Below are positions 30,254 to 57,092 of a stretch of DNA of 64,000 nucleotides, one piece after another; the stretch's first letter is position 1; every line of letters begins with the position of its first letter. The stretch is from Escherichia coli. GTDB lineage: Bacteria > Pseudomonadota > Gammaproteobacteria > Enterobacterales > Enterobacteriaceae. The stretch lies in assembly GCF_017348835.2 (NCBI RefSeq), contig NZ_CP071375.1. One strand, 5' to 3'. The translations under genes and the position numbers were made by a program. The notes under the pieces are model-generated. The model ran no database searches. It was not told where the DNA came from and saw only the letters and a program-made list of their open reading frames with translations.

Positions 30254-31774
30254 TTAATGCAGCACCGTCACCGCGTCTTCCAGTCGGCTGGCGCGGTGTT
30301 TCACCATCGCCGACACCTGCGCACTCTCTTCCACCAGCTCAGCATTTTTCTGGGTGATGAGGTTAAGCTCATCCACTGCACGGGTCAGGCTGGAAAGACC
30401 ATCGGCCTGTTCCAGCGTTGAATGGCTAATCTGGGCAATCAACTGGGTGACGTTTTTCACCTGTGCCACAATATCTTCCATCGTACGTCCGGCGGCGTGT
30501 ACCTGCTGCGAACCGGATTGCACCTTATCAGCACTGGCATCAATCAGCTTGCGAATATCGTTGGCAGCATTGGCGCTGCGGCTGGCTAAATGACGCACTT
30601 CCCCCGCCACCACTGCAAAACCTTTGCCCTGTTCGCCGGCTCGCGCCGCTTCCACCGCCGCATTCAGGGCCAGAATATTGGTCTGAAACGCAATATCGTT
30701 AATCAGCGAAGTAATGGTGCCAATGCGCTGGGTACTGTCGGCGATATCGTCCATAGTCTTGATCACCGTGGTCATCGCCTCCCCGCCCTGCACTGCCGCA
30801 TTACTGGCAGTGATTGACAGTTTATCGGCAGCCGACGCCGTGGCAGAGTTCTGTTTCACCGACGCCGCCATTTGGTTCATGGTCGCCACCGTTTGCTGAA
30901 CGTTATCAACTGTCTGCTGGGTATGTTCGTTCAGTTCATCGGTGCCTTTCGCTAGCGTCTCACTGCCATTTCTGACACTGGACACCTGGCTTGAGACATC
31001 GTTAATTAGCCAACGGCACATCAGGCCAAGCTGCCCTACCGCGCGTAATGTCAGCCCCAGCTCATCGCTGCGATTCAGATGCTCAACACTATTACGCTCT
31101 CCGGTCGCCACCTTCAGCGCCTGACGGGCGACATTTTCTATCGGGCGGACAATCTGCCATTCAAAACAGGCGCTTGCCAACAATACCACTAACGCACAGA
31201 GGATATACGTCACCACCGGGGCAGCAACAAACCAAAGCATGGCCGCCAGCAAGATAAACATCAGGGTCATCACTCCACGCGCCCGCCAGCGAAGCGGTAA
31301 TGAAGGCAGTTTACCCAGCCAGCCTTTACGCACCACCAGGCCTTTATGAATACGCTTACCGGTACGTCCGGCGTTCAGCGCTTTGTACAGCGGCTCCACC
31401 GCCGCGATCTCTTCATCCGTCGCCCGGGTACGAATCGACATATAACCACTGATTTTTCCCTCGCGCACCATCGGTACCGCATTGGCCCGCCCCCAATAAT
31501 GGTCACCATTTTTGCGGCGATTTTTCACGATGCCGCTCCAGGGCTCCCCTTTTTTCAGGGTGAACCACATATCCGCAAACGCCGCTTTTGGCATATCCGG
31601 GTGACGCACCATATTGTGCGGCTGCCCCTGTAACTCTTGCAAGGTATAGCCGCTCACCTGCACAAAAGTGTCATTAGCATGAGTGATATAGCTTTGCAGA
31701 TCGGTAGTGGACATCAGAGTGGTATCGTCCGCCAGCGGGGTATTTTGCTGGGTGACATACGGATGAGAAGACAT
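30254..31774 (-). CDS. aer: aerotaxis receptor (PAS-FAD sensor, methyl-accepting chemotaxis signalling domain)
   Basis: 506-aa ORF; N-terminal PAS region and C-terminal MCP signalling domain; recognised as Aer. Confidence 0.9.
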   Translation of the reverse strand: MSSHPYVTQQNTPLADDTTLMSTTDLQSYITHANDTFVQVSGYTLQELQGQPHNMVRHPDMPKAAFADMWFTLKKGEPWSGIVKNRRKNGDHYWGRANAVPMVREGKISGYMSIRTRATDEEIAAVEPLYKALNAGRTGKRIHKGLVVRKGWLGKLPSLPLRWRARGVMTLMFILLAAMLWFVAAPVVTYILCALVVLLASACFEWQIVRPIENVARQALKVATGERNSVEHLNRSDELGLTLRAVGQLGLMCRWLINDVSSQVSSVRNGSETLAKGTDELNEHTQQTVDNVQQTVATMNQMAASVKQNSATASAADKLSITASNAAVQGGEAMTTVIKTMDDIADSTQRIGTITSLINDIAFQTNILALNAAVEAARAGEQGKGFAVVAGEVRHLASRSANAANDIRKLIDASADKVQSGSQQVHAAGRTMEDIVAQVKNVTQLIAQISHSTLEQADGLSSLTRAVDELNLITQKNAELVEESAQVSAMVKHRASRLEDAVTVLH

Positions 31775-32056
31775 GTTCGCGTCCTGTGCAGGTTATATGG
31801 TTGTTAACTTCTTGTCAGAGTTTATGTCGGCCCCGCTGCGGTTATCTTTAACCGATTAATTTGATTTAGATCGCAATTTGCGATTAAAGCACAAATCTAA
31901 TTCGTTGATTTAAAATACTTTCACTCTGTTACTATACGAAAACGTTAATTATCTTGCCCAAAAATCAGGCAATTATTGCCCTGAAAACGTGCATTTGCGC
32001 AGCAATTATCAAATCCATACCCGACAAAAACCGTGCAAAATAACAACGGATGTTAA

Positions 32057-33571
<1,515 letters not shown>

Positions 33572-33576
33572 TATCA

Positions 33577-33612
33577 AATCGGATGGCGATACGACGTCGC
33601 CATCCGATCTTT

Positions 33613-33615
<3 letters not shown>
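33577..33615. terminator. Rho-independent terminator after patA
   Basis: atcggatggcga tacgac gtcgccatccgat hairpin followed by ctttttat. Confidence 0.55.
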
Positions 33616-43937
<10,322 letters not shown>

Positions 43938-43939
43938 TT

Positions 43940-44165
<226 letters not shown>

Positions 44166-44234
44166 ACAAACCCCGCACTCCCCTTTTCCCTTTTCTCCGG
44201 CGACGGCTAAATTAGAACTCATCCGACCACATAA

Positions 44235-46280
<2,046 letters not shown>

Positions 46281-46289
46281 ATCGTTATT

Positions 46290-46385
<96 letters not shown>

Positions 46386-46390
46386 CAATC

Positions 46391-47527
46391 TTACCGACGA
46401 CGCCCCAGCTTCACCGCTTTCAGCACCACAAATTTATTATTCGTCGCAATAGTGGTGCAGTTGCCGAAAATCTTCTTCAGTTTATGGAAGTAATCCAGGT
46501 GACGGTTGGCAACGATATACAGTTCGCCGTTGATTTTCAGGCAGCGGCGGGCGTGGTGGAACATCTCCCAGGCGACGTTATCGGTCAGCGCATGTTGCTG
46601 GTGAAACGGCGGGTTGCAGAGCACGGCGTTAAAGCGGAAAGGCTCCACGCCGGAGAGTGCGTTGTTGATCATAAACTCGCAGCGATCCAACGCCTCTGGC
46701 ATGTTGGTTTCTACGTTCAAACGGCTGGAAGCAACCGCCATCGGTGATTCATCGACAAACACCACTTTCGCCTGCGGGTTTTTATCAAGCAGCGTCAGGC
46801 CAATCACGCCGTTACCGCAGCCGAGATCAACAATCTCCCCTTCGAGATTTTCTGGCAGATGCTGCATAAAGAAGCGCGCGCCGATATCCAGACCGGTGCG
46901 GGAAAAAACATTCGCGTGGTTGTGGATAGTCCAGTCAGTGCCTTCCAGCTTCCAGCTAACGGTCTGCGGCGCATCAGCCAGCGGTGGTTCATTGAAAGTG
47001 CAGTTAATCAGGCGCGCTTTCTTCCATGCCAGCGTGGTGGTGGTCGGGCCGAGCACTTTTTCGAACAGTTCCAGCGTGGAAGTGTGAATGTCACGGGCCT
47101 TGGCACCGGCAATAATACGTGTATCCGACGTGACCACTTTGCGCAGCGCACGCAGTTGCTGTTCCAGCAATGCCAGTGTTTTCGGCACTTTGATCAGCAC
47201 CACACCCGGCTGTTGCGGGTAGTCGGCGGTGCTGTCGAGAAACTTCACGCTCGACTCATCAATCCCGTTGAGGCGTAAATTCTCGCGCGTCGCCAGTTCA
47301 CTGATGTATGAGTCGCCAATGCTGTACGGCTTATGTTCCGCCAGCGCGCAGCTTAACGCACCAAAGGCATCATTCAGGATCAACACCGGGCCGCGGATTT
47401 CTGTGTCGTCCAACTGTTGCAGCAAATATTCATCCGCCGCTTCCCACGCCTGTAGCGGGTTAACGTCATCCGTCGCCGGAAAACGTTGTAGTGTCAGTGA
47501 ACGGAAACCGTTGTCTAAGTGGCTCAT
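46391..47527 (-). CDS. rlmG: 23S rRNA m2G1835 methyltransferase
   Basis: 378-aa ORF; SAM-MTase motif VDLGCGNGV; recognised as RlmG (YgjO). Confidence 0.85.
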   Translation of the reverse strand: MSHLDNGFRSLTLQRFPATDDVNPLQAWEAADEYLLQQLDDTEIRGPVLILNDAFGALSCALAEHKPYSIGDSYISELATRENLRLNGIDESSVKFLDSTADYPQQPGVVLIKVPKTLALLEQQLRALRKVVTSDTRIIAGAKARDIHTSTLELFEKVLGPTTTTLAWKKARLINCTFNEPPLADAPQTVSWKLEGTDWTIHNHANVFSRTGLDIGARFFMQHLPENLEGEIVDLGCGNGVIGLTLLDKNPQAKVVFVDESPMAVASSRLNVETNMPEALDRCEFMINNALSGVEPFRFNAVLCNPPFHQQHALTDNVAWEMFHHARRCLKINGELYIVANRHLDYFHKLKKIFGNCTTIATNNKFVVLKAVKLGRRR

Positions 47528-47611
47528 CGGCCCTCCTGAATGATAAAATTTCGACGTTGCCCCTGAAAAGGGTGCGTGAGTATACCCTTTTTCTCTTTTT
47601 CGTGGGCGGTT

Positions 47612-48115
47612 ATGAGCAATCTTACTTATCTTCAGGGTTATCCCGAGCAGCTACTTTCCCAGGTGCGAACGCTGATTAACGAACAGCGTCTGGGCGATGT
47701 GCTGGCAAAACGCTATCCGGGAACACACGACTACGCCACCGATAAAGCCCTCTGGCAATATACTCAGGATCTTAAAAATCAGTTTCTGCGCAATGCCCCG
47801 CCGATCAATAAAGTGATGTATGACAATAAGATCCATGTGCTGAAAAACGCGCTCGGGTTACATACCGCTGTTTCGCGTGTGCAGGGCGGCAAGCTGAAAG
47901 CAAAAGCAGAGATCCGCGTCGCTACCGTGTTTCGCAACGCGCCGGAACCGTTTTTGCGCATGATCGTGGTGCACGAGCTGGCGCACCTGAAGGAGAAAGA
48001 GCATAACAAAGCGTTCTATCAATTGTGCTGCCATATGGAGCCGCAGTACCACCAGCTTGAGTTCGACACCCGGCTGTGGCTAACGCAGTTGTCGCTTGGG
48101 CAGGACAAAATCTGA
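47612..48115 (+). CDS. ygjP: metal-dependent hydrolase (WLM/zinc-peptidase-like, HExxH)
   Basis: Track ORF 47576..48115; start trimmed to [14 protein letters not shown] (167 aa); HELAH motif; recognised as YgjP. Confidence 0.8.
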   Translation: MSNLTYLQGYPEQLLSQVRTLINEQRLGDVLAKRYPGTHDYATDKALWQYTQDLKNQFLRNAPPINKVMYDNKIHVLKNALGLHTAVSRVQGGKLKAKAEIRVATVFRNAPEPFLRMIVVHELAHLKEKEHNKAFYQLCCHMEPQYHQLEFDTRLWLTQLSLGQDKI

Positions 48116-48191
48116 AAATGATGTCAGGCGTTATCTTTTCTTTCTTTAGCGCCTAAAATCGACCTCCCCCCTTTCGTTAAGGATAACGACC

Positions 48192-48884
48192 ATGCTGCGC
48201 GCATTTGCCCGCCTTCTTCTCCGTATTTGTTTTTCTCGCCGGACTCTAAAGATTGCCTGCTTACTGTTACTTGTGGCAGGAGCGACCATTTTTATCGCCG
48301 ATCGCGTAATGGTCAACGCCAGCAAACAGCTGACCTGGAGCGACGTCAACGTCGTTCCGGCGCGTAACGTGGGCTTATTGCTGGGGGCCAGGCCGGGTAA
48401 TCGCTACTTTACCCGACGTATTGATACCGCAGCAGAGTTGTACCACGCCGGAAAAGTGAAATGGCTGTTAGTCAGTGGCGATAACGGACGTAAAAATTAC
48501 GATGAAGCATCAGGTATGCAGCAGGCTTTGATCGCTAAAGGCGTACCGGCGAAAGTGATCTTCTGCGACTATGCCGGATTCTCAACGCTGGATTCGGTAG
48601 TGCGTGCCAAAAAGGTGTTTGGGGAAAACCATATCACCATTATCTCGCAAGAATTTCATAACCAACGCGCCATCTGGCTGGCAAAACAGTACGGTATCGA
48701 CGCTATCGGGTTTAACGCGCCAGACCTCAATATGAAGCACGGTTTTTATACTCAACTGCGGGAGAAACTCGCTCGTGTCAGCGCGGTGATTGACGCAAAA
48801 ATCCTCCATCGCCAGCCGAAATATCTCGGGCCATCGGTCATGATTGGGCCGTTTAGTGAGCATGGCTGTCCGGCGAAAGAATAA
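48192..48884 (+). CDS. ygjQ: DUF218-family membrane-anchored protein
   Basis: 230-aa ORF with N-terminal transmembrane segment; recognised as YgjQ. Confidence 0.8.
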   Translation: MLRAFARLLLRICFSRRTLKIACLLLLVAGATIFIADRVMVNASKQLTWSDVNVVPARNVGLLLGARPGNRYFTRRIDTAAELYHAGKVKWLLVSGDNGRKNYDEASGMQQALIAKGVPAKVIFCDYAGFSTLDSVVRAKKVFGENHITIISQEFHNQRAIWLAKQYGIDAIGFNAPDLNMKHGFYTQLREKLARVSAVIDAKILHRQPKYLGPSVMIGPFSEHGCPAKE

Positions 48885-48962
48885 TGCGTATCTGCGCACG
48901 TTGAAGATGAAAAAGGCGTGCTACATTGACGACAGAATCCCTTTATGGAGTATCCACGCGTT

Positions 48963-49949
48963 ATGATACGTTTCGCTGTGATTGGTACGAACTGGATCAC
49001 TCGCCAGTTCGTCGAGGCCGCCCATGAGAGCGGTAAATACAAGTTAACCGCCGTTTATTCCCGCAGCCTTGAGCAGGCTCAGCACTTCGCCAATGATTTT
49101 TCTGTCGAGCATCTGTTTACCTCGCTGGAAGCGATGGCGGAAAGCGATGCCATTGACGCGGTGTATATTGCCAGCCCGAATTCCCTGCACTTTTCCCAGG
49201 CACAACTTTTCCTTAGTCACAAAATTCATGTGATTTGCGAGAAACCGCTGGCGTCGAATCTGGCGGAAGTGGATGCCGCCATTGCCTGTGCGCGGGAAAA
49301 TCAGGTGGTGCTGTTTGAGGCATTTAAAACAGCCAGCCTGCCGAACTTTCATTTGTTGCGCCAGGCGCTGCCGAAAGTAGGCAAACTGCGGAAAGTCTTT
49401 TTCAACTATTGCCAGTATTCCTCGCGGTATCAACGTTACCTGGATGGTGAGAATCCCAACACCTTTAATCCGGCATTCTCTAACGGTTCAATTATGGATA
49501 TCGGCTTTTACTGCTTGGCGTCGGCGGTAGCGTTATTTGGTGAGCCGAAAAGCGTGCAGGCAACCGCCAGTTTACTGGCAAGTGGTGTAGATGCCCATGG
49601 CGTGGTGGTGATGGATTACGGTGATTTCAGCGTCACCTTGCAGCACTCAAAGGTCAGTGATTCTGTCCTGGCAAGCGAGATTCAGGGCGAAGCGGGATCG
49701 CTGGTGATTGAAAAACTGTCTGAATGCCAGAAAGTGTGCTTCGTGCCGCGTGGCAGCCAGATGCAGGATCTCACCCAGCCGCAGCATATTAATACCATGC
49801 TCTACGAAGCAGAGCTGTTCGCTACCCTGGTGGATGAGCATCTGGTGGATCATCCAGGGCTGGCGGTCAGTCGCATCACAGCCAAACTGCTGACCGAGAT
49901 CCGCCGCCAGACTGGGGTGATTTTTCCGGCAGATAGCGTAAAACTATAA
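48963..49949 (+). CDS. ygjR: Gfo/Idh/MocA-family NAD(P)-dependent oxidoreductase
   Basis: Track ORF 48945..49949; start trimmed to MIRFAVIGTNWITRQF (328 aa); recognised as YgjR. Confidence 0.8.
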   Translation: MIRFAVIGTNWITRQFVEAAHESGKYKLTAVYSRSLEQAQHFANDFSVEHLFTSLEAMAESDAIDAVYIASPNSLHFSQAQLFLSHKIHVICEKPLASNLAEVDAAIACARENQVVLFEAFKTASLPNFHLLRQALPKVGKLRKVFFNYCQYSSRYQRYLDGENPNTFNPAFSNGSIMDIGFYCLASAVALFGEPKSVQATASLLASGVDAHGVVVMDYGDFSVTLQHSKVSDSVLASEIQGEAGSLVIEKLSECQKVCFVPRGSQMQDLTQPQHINTMLYEAELFATLVDEHLVDHPGLAVSRITAKLLTEIRRQTGVIFPADSVKL

Positions 49950-49999
49950 TTGCCAAAGTAAAACAGTGTAAAAGGTATGTAACAGACCATTGACTGACT

Positions 50000-50231
50000 G
50001 AATGGTCTGTCATACTTTGTTACCTGCAAAGGGGAGTAACTTCATTGCCGGTCGATCGTCATTACGATGTGTGAAAAACCACATCCGGTCACCGGGCAAC
50101 CCGAAAGGAATACGCAGACGTATTCCTTTTTTGTTGTAAGTGAGACCTTGCCGGAAGGCGAGGTCTATGCATAAAAAGCAGCGGCTGACGTCTTCCGACG
50201 TTGGCCGTTTTTTTATGTGTAAGGAACTTCT
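50000..50231 (+). promoter_or_regulatory. alx 5' leader: pH-responsive / yybP-ykoY-type (manganese) riboswitch region
   Basis: Long structured leader before alx with several hairpins (e.g. ggaatacgcagacgtattcc); the alx leader is an established riboswitch-type regulatory RNA in E. coli; exact boundaries not determinable by eye. Confidence 0.5.
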
Positions 50232-51197
50232 ATGAATACTGTCGGCACGCCGTTGCTATGGGGCGGATTCGCTGTTGTTGTCGCCATTATGCTGGCTATC
50301 GACCTGTTGTTGCAGGGGCGTCGTGGGGCACATGCCATGACCATGAAACAGGCTGCGGCCTGGTCGCTGGTCTGGGTGACGCTGTCGTTACTGTTTAATG
50401 CCGCTTTCTGGTGGTATTTAGTCCAGACTCAGGGATGCGAAGTCGCGGACCCGCAGGCACTGGCCTTTCTCACGGGTTATCTGATTGAGAAATCGCTGGC
50501 GGTCGATAACGTCTTTGTCTGGCTGATGTTGTTCAGCTATTTCTCCGTTCCGGCGGCATTACAACGTCGCGTGCTGGTGTATGGCGTGCTCGGGGCGATT
50601 GTTCTGCGTACCATCATGATCTTCACAGGCAGCTGGCTGATTTCGCAGTTCGACTGGATCCTGTATATCTTCGGTGCCTTCCTGCTGTTTACCGGCGTGA
50701 AGATGGCGCTCGCCCATGAAGATGAATCAGGCATTGGCGACAAGCCGCTGGTGCGCTGGCTACGCGGTCATTTGCGCATGACCGACACCATCGACAATGA
50801 GCATTTCTTTGTGCGTAAGAATGGATTGCTGTACGCCACACCGCTGATGCTGGTACTGATTCTGGTGGAATTGAGCGACGTGATTTTTGCCGTGGATAGC
50901 ATTCCGGCTATCTTCGCCGTGACCACTGACCCGTTCATTGTGCTGACCTCAAACCTGTTTGCGATCCTCGGCCTGCGTGCGATGTATTTCCTGCTGGCGG
51001 GCGTAGCAGAGCGTTTCTCGATGCTCAAATATGGCCTGGCGGTGATTCTGGTATTTATCGGTATCAAGATGCTGATTGTCGACTTCTACCATATTCCAAT
51101 CGCCGTCTCGCTGGGCGTGGTGTTTGGCATCCTGGTGATGACGTTTATTATCAACGCGTGGGTGAATTATCGGCATGATAAGCAGCGGGGAGAATGA
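50232..51197 (+). CDS. alx: TerC-family membrane protein (putative Mn exporter)
   Basis: 321-aa polytopic ORF; recognised as Alx (YgjT). Confidence 0.85.
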   Translation: MNTVGTPLLWGGFAVVVAIMLAIDLLLQGRRGAHAMTMKQAAAWSLVWVTLSLLFNAAFWWYLVQTQGCEVADPQALAFLTGYLIEKSLAVDNVFVWLMLFSYFSVPAALQRRVLVYGVLGAIVLRTIMIFTGSWLISQFDWILYIFGAFLLFTGVKMALAHEDESGIGDKPLVRWLRGHLRMTDTIDNEHFFVRKNGLLYATPLMLVLILVELSDVIFAVDSIPAIFAVTTDPFIVLTSNLFAILGLRAMYFLLAGVAERFSMLKYGLAVILVFIGIKMLIVDFYHIPIAVSLGVVFGILVMTFIINAWVNYRHDKQRGE

Positions 51198-51812
51198 TTC
51201 GCTGTATATTAAGCCATTACTAGAGATAACTCATTCCAGACAAAGGTGAGCTATTAATTATGTAATCGGCTTATAGCTCTTTACAAAAAGACCGCACGGG
51301 TGTTGGTGGCGTCAAAATCGCCGAAGCGTTCCCTGGAGGCCGGGGCGACGCGCATGGATGCGCGGCGAGGGCGCATCTTACAGGGACGTTACCTTGCGCC
51401 CGACCCGGTAGCCGCAAGGGATAAGCTGAGGGAACCGCGCAGCGGCGATTTTGTTCGCCAGAGCCTGGGGGTGCAGGGGGCGGCGGCGATTGGCCGCCCC
51501 CTGCGCGCTCCCTGCGCCAGTGACTTTATATGGCATAGCACATTAAAGGAGCGCAACCGTTCTCATATTCCAAATAGTTTTGCCCATATGTTATCTAATC
51601 AGCCTTAGTAGCCAGTCCTTCCCTCTGTTTATGTCAAATAAATGTAACCATTAAGTTGCAAAACATGACCTCCCTTTAAAATCCAGCATTTTTCGCTTCC
51701 CGAAGCTGTAACTTTCCTTATACTCGACCTTGCAAACACTTTGTTACATCCTGAAAGATGCGTCGACAGAACGCACCAGGGATGTGCGACAACACAATGA
51801 AAGGATCGAAAA

Positions 51813-53057
51813 ATGACTACGCAACGTTCACCGGGGCTATTCCGGCGTCTGGCTCATGGCAGCCTGGTAAAACAAATCCTGGTCGGCCTTGTTCTGGGGA
51901 TTCTTCTGGCATGGATCTCAAAACCCGCGGCGGAAGCTGTTGGTCTGTTAGGTACTTTGTTCGTCGGCGCACTGAAAGCTGTTGCCCCCATCCTGGTGTT
52001 GATGCTGGTAATGGCATCTATTGCTAACCACCAGCACGGGCAGAAAACCAATATCCGTCCTATTTTGTTCCTCTATCTGCTGGGCACCTTCTCTGCAGCT
52101 CTGGCCGCAGTAGTCTTCAGCTTTGCCTTCCCTTCTACCCTGCACTTGTCCAGTAGCGCGGGTGATATTTCGCCGCCGTCAGGCATTGTCGAAGTGATGC
52201 GCGGACTAGTAATGAGCATGGTTTCCAACCCCATTGACGCGCTGCTGAAAGGTAACTACATCGGGATCCTGGTGTGGGCAATTGGCCTCGGTTTCGCACT
52301 GCGTCACGGTAACGAAACCACCAAAAACCTGGTCAACGATATGTCGAATGCCGTCACCTTTATGGTGAAACTGGTCATTCGCTTCGCACCGATCGGTATT
52401 TTTGGGCTGGTTTCTTCTACCCTGGCAACCACCGGTTTCTCCACACTGTGGGGCTACGCGCAACTGCTGGTCGTGCTGGTTGGCTGTATGTTACTGGTGG
52501 CGCTGGTGGTTAACCCATTGCTGGTGTGGTGGAAAATTCGTCGTAACCCATTCCCGCTGGTGCTGCTGTGCCTGCGCGAAAGCGGTGTGTATGCCTTCTT
52601 CACCCGCAGCTCTGCAGCGAACATTCCGGTGAATATGGCGCTGTGTGAAAAGCTGAATCTGGATCGCGATACCTATTCCGTTTCTATTCCGCTGGGAGCC
52701 ACCATCAATATGGCGGGCGCAGCAATCACCATTACCGTGTTGACGCTGGCTGCGGTTAATACGCTGGGTATTCCGGTCGATCTGCCCACAGCGCTGCTGT
52801 TGAGCGTAGTGGCTTCTCTGTGTGCCTGTGGCGCATCCGGCGTGGCGGGGGGTTCTTTGCTGCTGATCCCGCTGGCCTGTAATATGTTCGGTATTTCGAA
52901 CGATATCGCCATGCAGGTGGTTGCCGTCGGCTTTATCATCGGCGTATTGCAGGACTCTTGCGAAACCGCGCTGAACTCTTCAACTGACGTGCTATTCACT
53001 GCGGCAGCTTGCCAGGCAGAAGACGATCGTCTGGCAAATAGCGCCCTGCGTAATTAA
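51813..53057 (+). CDS. sstT: Na+/serine-threonine symporter
   Basis: 414-aa polytopic [24 protein letters not shown]; recognised as SstT. Confidence 0.9.
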   Translation: MTTQRSPGLFRRLAHGSLVKQILVGLVLGILLAWISKPAAEAVGLLGTLFVGALKAVAPILVLMLVMASIANHQHGQKTNIRPILFLYLLGTFSAALAAVVFSFAFPSTLHLSSSAGDISPPSGIVEVMRGLVMSMVSNPIDALLKGNYIGILVWAIGLGFALRHGNETTKNLVNDMSNAVTFMVKLVIRFAPIGIFGLVSSTLATTGFSTLWGYAQLLVVLVGCMLLVALVVNPLLVWWKIRRNPFPLVLLCLRESGVYAFFTRSSAANIPVNMALCEKLNLDRDTYSVSIPLGATINMAGAAITITVLTLAAVNTLGIPVDLPTALLLSVVASLCACGASGVAGGSLLLIPLACNMFGISNDIAMQVVAVGFIIGVLQDSCETALNSSTDVLFTAAACQAEDDRLANSALRN

Positions 53058-53061
53058 TTGT

Positions 53062-53613
53062 TTAACCCCTTTCGTCTATGGCGGGAGGGGTTTTCTCTAC
53101 TTTAAACGGATCAATTCCCCTTTTCTGCATCCGCCAGAAACGAATGATATTCAGGCCATTCATAAGCAGAAAACTACCCTCAATCATCGTGCCGCCTATC
53201 GACCCCGCCCAGAAGTTGTGAATCACCCAGCAACACGTTGAAAACCACATTACGCAGCGCATGGTGAGCCCTTTACAGCGGAACAGCGCCCAGGTACTGA
53301 CAATCGTACCGATAACCGGCAATAGTTCGACAGGATGATGGAACTTCGCGAGGCCAATTCCGCCAGTCAGCACAATAAAAATCGCCATTACCCATAAGCT
53401 GCGCGTGCGTAAGGTAATCAATGTACGAATGGCATTAAGGATGGCACTGGCACCAGCGGGATAGGTGCCCAGAAGAAAAAAATGTACGCCAATAACGGCG
53501 CTATAGACCGAAAGCTGCTTTTTGAAGCGACGTTCGTCACGATTGAAAAATGTTGTGATACCAATCAGAAAGGCGATGACACCCACGCCCTGGGCCAGCC
53601 AATACGCGGTCAT
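53062..53613 (-). CDS. ygjV: inner membrane protein
   Basis: 183-aa hydrophobic ORF; recognised as YgjV. Confidence 0.8.
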   Translation of the reverse strand: MTAYWLAQGVGVIAFLIGITTFFNRDERRFKKQLSVYSAVIGVHFFLLGTYPAGASAILNAIRTLITLRTRSLWVMAIFIVLTGGIGLAKFHHPVELLPVIGTIVSTWALFRCKGLTMRCVMWFSTCCWVIHNFWAGSIGGTMIEGSFLLMNGLNIIRFWRMQKRGIDPFKVEKTPPAIDERG

Positions 53614-53695
53614 GATAAATCCTTAGCAGGTATGGAAAAGCAAACGGCGCTTCACATTATGAAACGCCGTTTTTTATTAACAACTCATTTCGACT

Positions 53696-55183
53696 TTATA
53701 GCGTTACGCCGCTTTTGAAGATCGCCAGTTCGCGGAAGTCGTTACGCTCGTTACAGGTTTTCTTACCGTTGGCAAACTCAACGATGGTGTCGATAAATTC
53801 TTCCAGCAACTGCGGCATCGCTTTACCGTGGATCAGCTGACCCGCGTCAAAGTCGATCCAGTGTTTTTTCTTCGCCGCCAGTTCACTGTTGGTGGCGATT
53901 TTCACCGTCGGCACAAATCCACCATACGGCGTGCCACGACCAGTACTGAACAGCACCATATGGCAGCCCGCACCCGCCAGGGCGCTGGTCGCTACGGCAT
54001 CGTTACCCGGCGCACTTAACAAGTTCAGCCCTGGCGTTTTCAGACGCTCGCCGTAACGCAGCACGTCAACCACGACACTGGAACCCGCTTTCTGGGTACA
54101 GCCAAGTGATTTGTCTTCCAGCGTGGTGATACCGCCCGCTTTGTTCCCCGGCGATGGGTTTTCATAGATCGGCTGGTCATGGGCAATAAAGTACTGTTTG
54201 AAGTCGTTGACCATAGTGACCAGTTTTTCAAACGTTGCTTCGTCGCGGCAATGGTCCATCAGCAACTGCTCTGCGCCAAACATCTCCGGCACTTCGGTCA
54301 GTACGGTAGTACCGCCGTTAGCAATCACGTAGTCAGAGAAACGCCCCAGCATCGGGTTAGCAGTAATACCAGAAAGACCGTCAGAACCACCGCACTCCAG
54401 ACCAAACTTCAGTTCACTGAGTTTGCCTGGCTCGCGTTTATCGTTGCGCATCACGTTATACAGCTGATGCAAATGCTCGATCCCGGCTTCGATCTCATCA
54501 TCCTGCTGTTGGCAGATCATGAAATGAACGCGTTCAGGATCGATATCGCCCAGCGTTTCACGGAATGCGGCAACCTGGTTGTTTTCACAGCCCAGGCCAA
54601 TCACCAGCACTGCGCCTGCGTTCGGGTGGCGCACCATGTTTTGCAGCATGGTGCGGGTATTAATGTGATCGTCGCCCAGCTGTGAGCAGCCGTAGGTGTG
54701 GCTGAAGAGGAACACGCCGTCGGTACCTTCGGCGTTGTTGGTCTCTTTCAGGAAACGATTTTGGATCTGCCGCGCGATGCCGTTGACACAGCCCACGGTT
54801 GGCAGGATCCACAGCTCGTTACGCACCCCGACATCGCCGTTAGCGCGACGATAGATCTGCACTTCACGATCTGCCGCTTGCGCAGGCAGATCCTGAAAAT
54901 CAGGTTGATAGCGATACTGATCCAGATCGCTCAGATTCGTGCGCGTATTGTGGGCGTGAACGTGTTCCCCCGCCGCAATATCCGCCAATGCATAACCAAT
55001 CGGCAGGCCATATTTGATGACGTTGGCCCCTTTTGCGATATCCGTTAACGCAAATTTATGTCCACGAGCAACATCCTGGCGCAGCGTAACAGTCTGGTTA
55101 TCGACACTGACTTCTGTGCCTTCAGCCAAATCCGCTAAAGCGACCGCGACGTTATCCAGCGCATGGATCTTGATGTATTGCAT
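53696..55183 (-). CDS. uxaA: altronate dehydratase
   Basis: 495-aa ORF; recognised as UxaA. Confidence 0.9.
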   Translation of the reverse strand: MQYIKIHALDNVAVALADLAEGTEVSVDNQTVTLRQDVARGHKFALTDIAKGANVIKYGLPIGYALADIAAGEHVHAHNTRTNLSDLDQYRYQPDFQDLPAQAADREVQIYRRANGDVGVRNELWILPTVGCVNGIARQIQNRFLKETNNAEGTDGVFLFSHTYGCSQLGDDHINTRTMLQNMVRHPNAGAVLVIGLGCENNQVAAFRETLGDIDPERVHFMICQQQDDEIEAGIEHLHQLYNVMRNDKREPGKLSELKFGLECGGSDGLSGITANPMLGRFSDYVIANGGTTVLTEVPEMFGAEQLLMDHCRDEATFEKLVTMVNDFKQYFIAHDQPIYENPSPGNKAGGITTLEDKSLGCTQKAGSSVVVDVLRYGERLKTPGLNLLSAPGNDAVATSALAGAGCHMVLFSTGRGTPYGGFVPTVKIATNSELAAKKKHWIDFDAGQLIHGKAMPQLLEEFIDTIVEFANGKKTCNERNDFRELAIFKSGVTL

Positions 55184-55197
55184 ATCAACCCCAGACC

Positions 55198-56712
<1,515 letters not shown>

Positions 56713-56904
56713 TCAATAAACGTAGTTAAAAAAATTACTCTCAAAGTGGTAAATCTCGCTGCAGGCCGCGCCAGTACTGGCCTCGCTGTCGTCAGGTAAT
56801 GTCCCTACAAATATTCGCACATTTGTGATGGCTCTCACCTTTTAAAGTTGTATGACAAGTTATCTTTCTGCCGTCGCAAATCATAAGTCGACGGAATGCA
56901 AATT

Positions 56905-56933
56905 GCCGATTCATTCATTTGTTAGATGAATCG
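56905..56933. promoter_or_regulatory. Palindrome in the uxaCA/exuT divergent control region (candidate ExuR/CRP operator or RNA hairpin)
   Basis: ccgattca...tgaatcgg 8-bp inverted repeat with 13-bp spacer, followed by ggttaacc palindrome; assignment to a specific regulator is inference. Confidence 0.3.
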
Positions 56934-57092
56934 GGTTAACCGGTACGGAAGCCGAATTAGCACGAAACTTTCATGGCAACGTTCGGGGCGTGCCGGTTTT
57001 TTTTCGGTTACCCGGTCGTAACTAACATCTTCAGCCTCTGGCGGGATGATGGCCGCGCTTCCTGCGGATATAACAAAACGATGAGGTTTTAC

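Noticed and set aside
51300-51608. 102-aa Ala/Arg/Gly-rich ORF in the alx-sstT spacer
   Set aside because: Composition reflects GC-rich palindromic DNA rather than protein; no ribosome-binding site; reported as a non-coding structured element instead.
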